A DNA stretch of 64,000 nucleotides from contig NC_047018.1 in the NCBI RefSeq assembly GCF_902652985.1, positions 39,494,001-39,558,000 on the forward strand. Reading direction: 5' to 3'. Of the stretch, positions 56,211 to 64,000 are shown in pieces. Position numbers and translations under genes: made by a program. Each line of letters begins with the position of its first letter. The stretch's first letter is position 1. Under the pieces are notes generated by a model, which did not search any database, was not told the DNA's origin, and was given only the letters and a program-made list of their open reading frames with translations. This DNA is from Pecten maximus. Its lineage: Eukaryota.

Positions 56211-56799
56211 GGTAATTGTTAGCTTCTCTCTTTCCAAATTTGATCATTGTTTAATTATTGTAACTGATAAATGTTAGAGAGATTCACAGCTATTTCCCAT
56301 CACATAATAGAAATTGATTATTATTTGTATTTGACTCAACTGTGCACAAGGGACTTGCTCACCATTTCATTTGAAATATTGGCTTTTGCTCAAATTAAGT
56401 GCAGAAGCACCTAAAATCTCTCCATTTTTGAAAACACCAAACTTTATGACTTTGTAACTTTGTACGACTGTACTTAACTTTGTACACAGAATTGTTTATT
56501 GCTAAAATTTATGTGGTTTTTTTCATGAAAATGAATGAAAAAAATACAACGTGCTGTTTTAAGTTCATAATTTACGTTCAACAATTCATTGCATTTTTTG
56601 TAAGTGGCAAAATAGCATGCAATTTTATTTAGTTACGTACCACACAAAACATCTCACAAAATTAACTGTTGATGTATTAACATATGCGTCGTGTGTCCTT
56701 GACCCTGTGTAATGACCTTTATTAACCTTGTAGCCTTGTGACTGTTTTTTTTTTTTTTTTGATAGTTTTTATTTATGAATTTTGTGTTCCTCCCCCCAG

Positions 56800-56884
56800 G
56801 TGCTCCATTCTCGTAACCTACTCAGCTCCGGTACCCGAGTTGGCAGTTTCAAGATAGATATCGGGACTGTTTATAGCGCTCCTG
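56800..56884 (+). CDS. OTOF: Otoferlin C2B exon, variant A (85 nt; [28 protein letters not shown])
   Basis: ttcctccccccag acceptor, G|gtactt donor, phase 0 to 1; closest to vertebrate [28 protein letters not shown]. Confidence 0.94.
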
Positions 56885-56938
56885 GTACTTTTATTTGTTC
56901 TTGGTCTGCAGAACTCTTGAAGCCCTGACCAAGTTACC

Positions 56939-56944
56939 TGCATG
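56939..56944 (+). promoter_or_regulatory. Candidate Rbfox element TGCATG 55 nt downstream of exon variant A
   Basis: Exact UGCAUG, with a second GCAUG at 56959 and another UGCAUG at 57340; motif match only. Confidence 0.4.
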
Positions 56945-58452
56945 CTTGGTTTTTCCCAGCATGCACCTCATATCTAATTTTCATCGTTAATGCTTAATCA
57001 TGTAGTTTGATATTTTGATAACAAAAAACTAACTTTCATTTCATGTTATTTTCACTGCACTCTCCTATTTGATTTAATCCTTCTATCTGAAAATCATTTG
57101 ACAATTATTACTCCGGTGGAGAAAACGAGTTATAAGAGTTCCAACAGTCTAGGGTATGATTTATGTCCGGGCGTGATTCTATTCTTACAAAGATCTATTG
57201 AAATTCAGACTGAATATTTGGGAGCAGTTTTATTTTTGTTCTTTCAATTTTAAAATTATTTAAGTACTGTTGTTGAAAGTATTTTTGAAATCTTCTTAAA
57301 AATAATATTTGAAAAAGATTTTATTATTAAGCTTTTATTTGCATGGCCAGTCAATATGCCTTGTTATTGGTAATCAATGACACTATTTTAGCGAATGAGG
57401 AAGTTTGAAAAACAACATTTATAGTTTTGAAATATAGACATTCTTAACTTGGACTTTACTGTGTCTGAACAATGAATCCCACTTACTTTTAAAAAGTTCG
57501 AACTCCATATTCTGGTTTTGAAAAATTGAAAAAATTGAAACTATCCAACAAGCTCTAAAAACTGTTGTCACTCTTGCTTGGGTTTGAGTCTTTTTTTTTT
57601 TTTTTTTTTTTAAATTTCTTGATTTGCATCCTCTTCCCATTTTGTAGTTTCTTGTCTGCCCAACTCGCTTGTCTTGAAGAGAATAAGATCTTTCAGCAGG
57701 ATTGATTTAACAAGAAGTTTTCAGTTCAAAGCTTGGTCAGCTTTGCAAACTAATAAAACAGTTTTCAGAATTAAATTATGTTTGAAATTCACATATGATT
57801 TTGTCTTTGTCTTTTTAAAAAATGTTCTTCAAAAGTAAGAATTTGTGTTTAGAGTTTTCTTTTTGTAGTATTTTGATTGATGAAACATATGTTTATGAAT
57901 TGTTATGCTGCTATGACTTTTGAGGATCCTCAGATTTTGAAGATGGGCGAGATGGTGTAGATTTATGATGTACTCAATCTGGTAGATCTATCTGGGATTT
58001 TGAGTTTCTGTGAAGGTCAAAGGTCAATCTTGAGGTTGAGGAATGACCTTCACTCCAATGTTATTTTCTGTGAAGGTGAAGGTCAAAGATCAATCTTTGG
58101 ACTGAAGAATGACTTTCACTGTATACCTGTTTTCGTGAATGTGTTGCATCTGATCGCAGCTTTATACAAGAAAAACTGAATCCTGTTCCTTCAAATAGTC
58201 AAAAGATGTCATTAACAGTATTGGGTCTGAGAGACAGGTCTGAAAAGAGGGTAGGGCCCCAAACTTTTTCTTTCAGTGTATTTTGCCGCATATGGGAACA
58301 ACTTGTAAAACAAAATATGATAGACATGCTTGAGTGATTTTTCAGAAAGTTCTTAAAACTTCAAACACTGGTAAACCGCAAATAAAGCTTTATCAGATTT
58401 ATTCAAAACCTTGACATTATAATTCGACTTGAAAAGTACATTAACAGATGAA

Positions 58453-58466
58453 GTTGCCATGGAAAC
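58453..58466. promoter_or_regulatory. Candidate RFX X-box GTTGCCATGGAAAC
   Basis: Matches the canonical 14-bp X-box consensus; motif match only. Confidence 0.35.
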
Positions 58467-59134
58467 CAATGAGTTGTTCTTGTAAAACAGCTGACTGGTA
58501 TTGTGTCTTGTTTCCTGTTTGTCATTCCTAGCTTTAGCGATGTTATGGGTCCTTTAACAAGCAAATTAGATTAGCAGACGATTATCAGGTGGCTTGAGCT
58601 AAAGCGATAATTGAAAAAAATCTTTCAAAAAAAAAAACTGGAGAAAAGAAAATTTTCAAAATGTTTTAAGATGCCTGAAAGAATCTACATCAAATTTGCT
58701 TGTCTGATTTTGGACATTGGTTGTTGATATTTCACTGGCAGCATTGTTGACAACTAAAGGGCAGTAACCCAAATTACAAGACTGGCCTAAAAAAAATAAT
58801 TAAATTTTTCATTTCTTCACAAAATGAAATAATAAAAAGTTACAGGATGTGAAATTAATATTCTTAATTAATAGTGACATTTTTACTTACTTAATGATGT
58901 GAATAATTTGTCAGAGAAAAGTTGACAACCAATGAAATCTATTTTCTTTGATTTCCAGGCGATTATAGTCATGTTTATTTTCTTCCATTACCTGAAACGA
59001 AATAAATAGCAAATCAATTAGTCTGATTAAATGTTAATTACAAGCTGTTTGTTTTACCTGTTCACACGAGTATGTGTGTACGGAGGATCGTGTTGCTATG
59101 ACAACTGACAAGTTCTGTGTTGTCCATGGCCTAG

Positions 59135-59219
59135 GTTTGTCAATCGGGACGTCTATTCCGCTCCAACAAGCCGCTCGGAACATACAAACTTGACGTCGGC
59201 ACGGTTTACAATGCACAAG
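59135..59219 (+). CDS. OTOF: Otoferlin C2B exon, variant B (85 nt; VCQSGRLFRSNKPLGTYKLDVGTVYNAQ), putative mutually exclusive duplicate
   Basis: cctag acceptor, AAG|gtactg donor; same length and phase as variant A, open frame, 12/28 aa identical without gaps. Confidence 0.88.
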
Positions 59220-60427
59220 GTACTGTGTTTAAATCACAATGTTTTTGTGACAGATAACAGGTAAAACAGAAAAAATTAATTCAGGTAAAAAAAATTGAAA
59301 TGTTATTAATTTAACTACAGAAGCTATTGACTTTGATGAATTTGGTGAATTATTTGCTTGAGACTGTATTCTGATTCTATAAGTGTTTGACTTGTATACT
59401 CTACATATTCTAACTTGCATAATGGTTTTAATATTTAGTTTACTCACACACAATTTTACAAAGTAAAAAAATAATAAATAAATCTTTTTTTCTATGGTGC
59501 TTTTGGCTGTCTGTCCACCTATTAATTGACATAAAAATGAATGCTGGTGTTGTTTTGCTTATTTTCTCATACAGACCAAGTGCTACCTCAATTACAAGCT
59601 AACATGTGCATTGTCAATTTTTCTCAATTATGCAAATTTTTAATTCTTTATTAAAATGTCCACAGACTTTCTGAATGTTGATTGAGGTATCACTTAAAAA
59701 AAAAATAAAAAAAATTGCAAATCAGTATATACACATTATCAATTTTATCTTTTAAATATTTTGGAGTTGTTTTTAATGTTGTTTTTTGTGCATTGAAGCG
59801 TTTGAACAGATTAAGAAGTGTAATTAGGTATAATTATATTTTTATTGCTTTAAATGTGATAAATGATTTTGATTTTTTTTTAGTATATCTGCATACATGA
59901 ATTTTATCTTAGCATTTTTTCCTTGATCTGCCTGAAACATGGAAATATATTTTTTTTTACACAAATCACTGTTGTATTTACTTTATCTATTTTCTTTATG
60001 AAATGATGTCTTGTTGAATAAAACATTCTTAAATTGTTGTCTTTTTGAGATGATTATTTGTTAGCCCAAAAATTTCAAAAGAATGATTTATTCAACAGGT
60101 ATGTAAAAGAATGTTTGCATTTGGAGATGATTGAAAAACTTTTGTGCTTGATCTCAAATAATTTTTATCATTTAATTTTTCAATATATTTATCAAAATGT
60201 AATTGACATGGAATTACTTTTATTTTTAGACTACCATTGTCGGATAAAACAGTTTTTAAAAATGAAAATTTTATCGTAGCACTTACATTGAAGAATATGA
60301 TAAATTTATTGACTAAGTTCGTTATATCTTAACAATAAAAAACTCATATACCTTAAAATGTTTCAAGAGTACACTGAATAAATTAAAACATGGCGTTTTT
60401 TTTAATTTCGATTTTATTCAATTTTAG

Positions 60428-60543
60428 ATCGGCAGTTTTACCACAAATGGGCAATGTTGACAGACTCGGACGACATCAATGGAGGGGTCAAAGGTTATGT
60501 CAAAGTGGACATCGCTGTGATAGGCAAAGGAGACTCTGTCAAG
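60428..60543 (+). CDS. OTOF: Otoferlin exon, end of C2B / FerI (116 nt; [39 protein letters not shown])
   Basis: ttttag acceptor, AAG|gttaat donor, phase 1 to 0. Confidence 0.96.
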
Positions 60544-60949
60544 GTTAATTTACTTGTGACGTTGTCGAATCAGTGATTTAAATGATTGGCACATTGATGA
60601 TAATATTAAGATAACCACATTAAAGTATAATTCTTAAGGATAATGAAGGAAGTTTCCATTTGACATTGAATTTATGCAAATTTAAAATGAATTCCTATAA
60701 TTGTTAGTGATAATTGAAAACAAAAATAATTTCATCAAAGTATAAAATTTTCAGGGAAGAATTCAAAATTAAAGAAATAGTTATTTGAAAGTTTCAATAA
60801 AAGTTTTGAATTTTAACGGGATTAGAAACCAAGGACTAACAGAAGTAGTTGTTTCTGTGTTTAAAGTTTTTAAAATGGTTTAAGATATTTATGTAGTTGA
60901 AGGATTGATATGGGTCCTGAGTGATACCTATTGTCGTGTGTGTTTATAG

Positions 60950-60990
60950 GTTCCTCCGAAAACTGACAAGGATGAGGACGATATTGAAGG
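60950..60990 (+). CDS. OTOF: Otoferlin exon, FerI (41 nt; VPPKTDKDEDDIEG)
   Basis: ttatag acceptor, GG|gtaaga donor, phase 0 to 2; DEDDIEG motif. Confidence 0.94.
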
Positions 60991-61164
60991 GTAAGAAATA
61001 TGGAATGTTAAACTTTCAATGCTTATTTGATTTTTAACCTGTAACTGTTTAATTCCATAATACTGAGATTAAATGATTTCTGATTTATAATTTAGGAGAA
61101 TTTGTCTGTCGATTTTGTGATATTAAAATTGTAAATATCTACATGTGAAGTTTAATGTTGATAG

Positions 61165-62016
<852 letters not shown>

Positions 62017-62094
62017 CACTGTACATATTTTCAACAGTGCCACGAAATTATCAAGTTGTACCAATATCATCATAAATTTTTAGGTAAAGTTTGA

Positions 62095-62316
<222 letters not shown>

Positions 62317-63927
62317 TAACCCATATTGGGAACATTTCATTGCTTAAATACATCACAGGCCTTTTCACCATTCATATTGTATCAAAACATTATTCGTTTG
62401 GTTAAATCAGCCCATGTCTGATGATAGGCCCACTCATCCTTTATCAGTTTAGTATAAAGGAATTTTTTTCCTGAAAACTTTTTTGATTTGTGATAGTTCT
62501 TTTATCCATGGCTAAAGGGAGATAACTCCCCTAAGTTTTGGTCTAGTTCTTCCTCTACAGAGAAGTAGGGTAAATTCTAGAGCAGTTTAAATTGTTATAT
62601 AAGTATTACTGAAAATCACTGATTTTTTGGAGATTTTTCGTTGAAACAATAACCTGAAAATACAGCTTCAGCAATCAGAGAGATACCAATGCTTTCCTTA
62701 CAAGCTGAAAACATCTGTGAAAATTGCAGAAATTGGCCCAACTACCTAGTAATATTATTTATGTGTAGTCAGGTATTGGTAACTTGATTGGAGTGTATTG
62801 ATAAATATTAATGTGTAATTTGTTTCTGGAAAAGACAAATCCCAAAACCATAGTCGGTAAGGACAACTACTAACAGGGGGTGCGAAATATTGGCTCGATT
62901 GTAAATACAGGTTTTCTCAATACTTACTGAAGCAGGAAATATTATGGATGGGGATCTCTGACTGACAGTTGTAGAAAGTCTGTATTCTATGAGCACCATT
63001 GACTACGAAAAAACTAACTCAGTTTCTTTTTCAAATGAAATGGGACAGTATTCTTTACTCCTTTACTGACTCTTGATTCTATAATTCTAAAAAAAAGGAA
63101 TTCCTACGTCATAATTCTGAAATGTTCCTTTATTATTGAAATCTGTCCGTCTGCTCAGTTTTCTGCACTTTCCTCACCCATGCTTCAATTGAAGGTATGT
63201 TGGTGAAAGTTGGTATGTAACTTCAGTATGAGTAGATCAAGATCGAGTTTCAGGGTATTTTGGTCAAGGTCAAGGTTTAGAGGGGATCGGTAGGGGACAT
63301 GTATTGCTTTAGCATGCTTAGTTTTGTTTAGTTTTGTCAAGCTTTAATAATTTTCTTTTTTAATTGTTTAAAAGATACTTATATATTGATGACACTGAAT
63401 TGTAATGAATCATTTATAGATGATGTGCTATATTAATTGTAAAATATTCATCCGTTTCCTAGATTGTCTATATTTACTTTAGATATTGATACCTTTGATG
63501 TACACATGATACTGTATTTTACCTAATAAGCACACAAATATCATGTTAAATTGATGAAAAAGGAAGCTGTCTTTCCCTGGAATAGTGTCTGACTAAAAGA
63601 TGAAGTAAATCAGTAATATAAGTAATATTTCCACAATTTTTAATTAAGTGCCTCATCACTTTTCTCCCAATGAAACAAAGATGTGCTTATTAGGTTGAAT
63701 ACATGATTTATAGCTCACATCATGAATTGCTGTCATGATATATGATGTTACACTCTCTGGTACAGGATCAAACTCCAAGGTAAAATTTCTCCAAATCTAG
63801 CATTTGGTCAAAGGGAGACAAATCTGAACATCTTGTATTGGGGAGACATGGTCTAAGGGAGGCAACTGTTTATTATAAGTGCAGTTCTATAGGGTATTTC
63901 ATATCATATATGATGTTCTCATTCTAG

Positions 63928-63948
63928 AGAAGACAAGCACCAAAGATG
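63928..63948 (+). CDS. OTOF: Candidate 21-nt microexon of otoferlin (inserts EKTSTKD)
   Basis: tgttctcattctag acceptor, ATG|gtaagc donor, symmetric phase 1, no stop codon, compatible with the upstream phase-1 donor. No homology support. Confidence 0.55.
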
Positions 63949-64000
63949 GTAAGCACAAGTACTTTATGTGCTAATATTGGTCCCCTATATGGGCCATACT

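Noticed and set aside
62911-62930. cag|GT TTT CTC AAT ACT reads GFLNT, like the expected next exon GFLPT
   Set aside because: Stop after six codons, no pyrimidine tract and no further similarity; the true exon is probably beyond the window.

Overview
AT-rich eukaryotic genomic DNA, most likely from a bivalve mollusc (oyster-like). This assignment rests on its Helentron-associated (HINE/pearl-type) elements with internal satellite arrays. The window holds the 5' part of one + strand otoferlin (ferlin family) gene. Exons with GT-AG borders and consistent phases run from 33276 to 62305 and encode most of C2A, the linker, C2B, FerI and C2C. The first two coding exons were not found and the gene continues beyond the window. 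The main finding is a pair of homologous 85-nt exons (56800-56884 and 59135-59219) encoding alternative versions of the C2B membrane-facing loop; frame logic makes them mutually exclusive. Also notable are a candidate 21-nt in-frame microexon after C2C (63928-63948), a 13-copy intronic array of RFX X-box palindromes (61395-62016), minisatellites carrying 5' splice-site look-alikes, and several nested non-autonomous DNA transposons with readable TIRs and TSDs. Most ORFs in the supplied track are repeat artefacts. Comparisons to human OTOF are from memory and should be confirmed by alignment.
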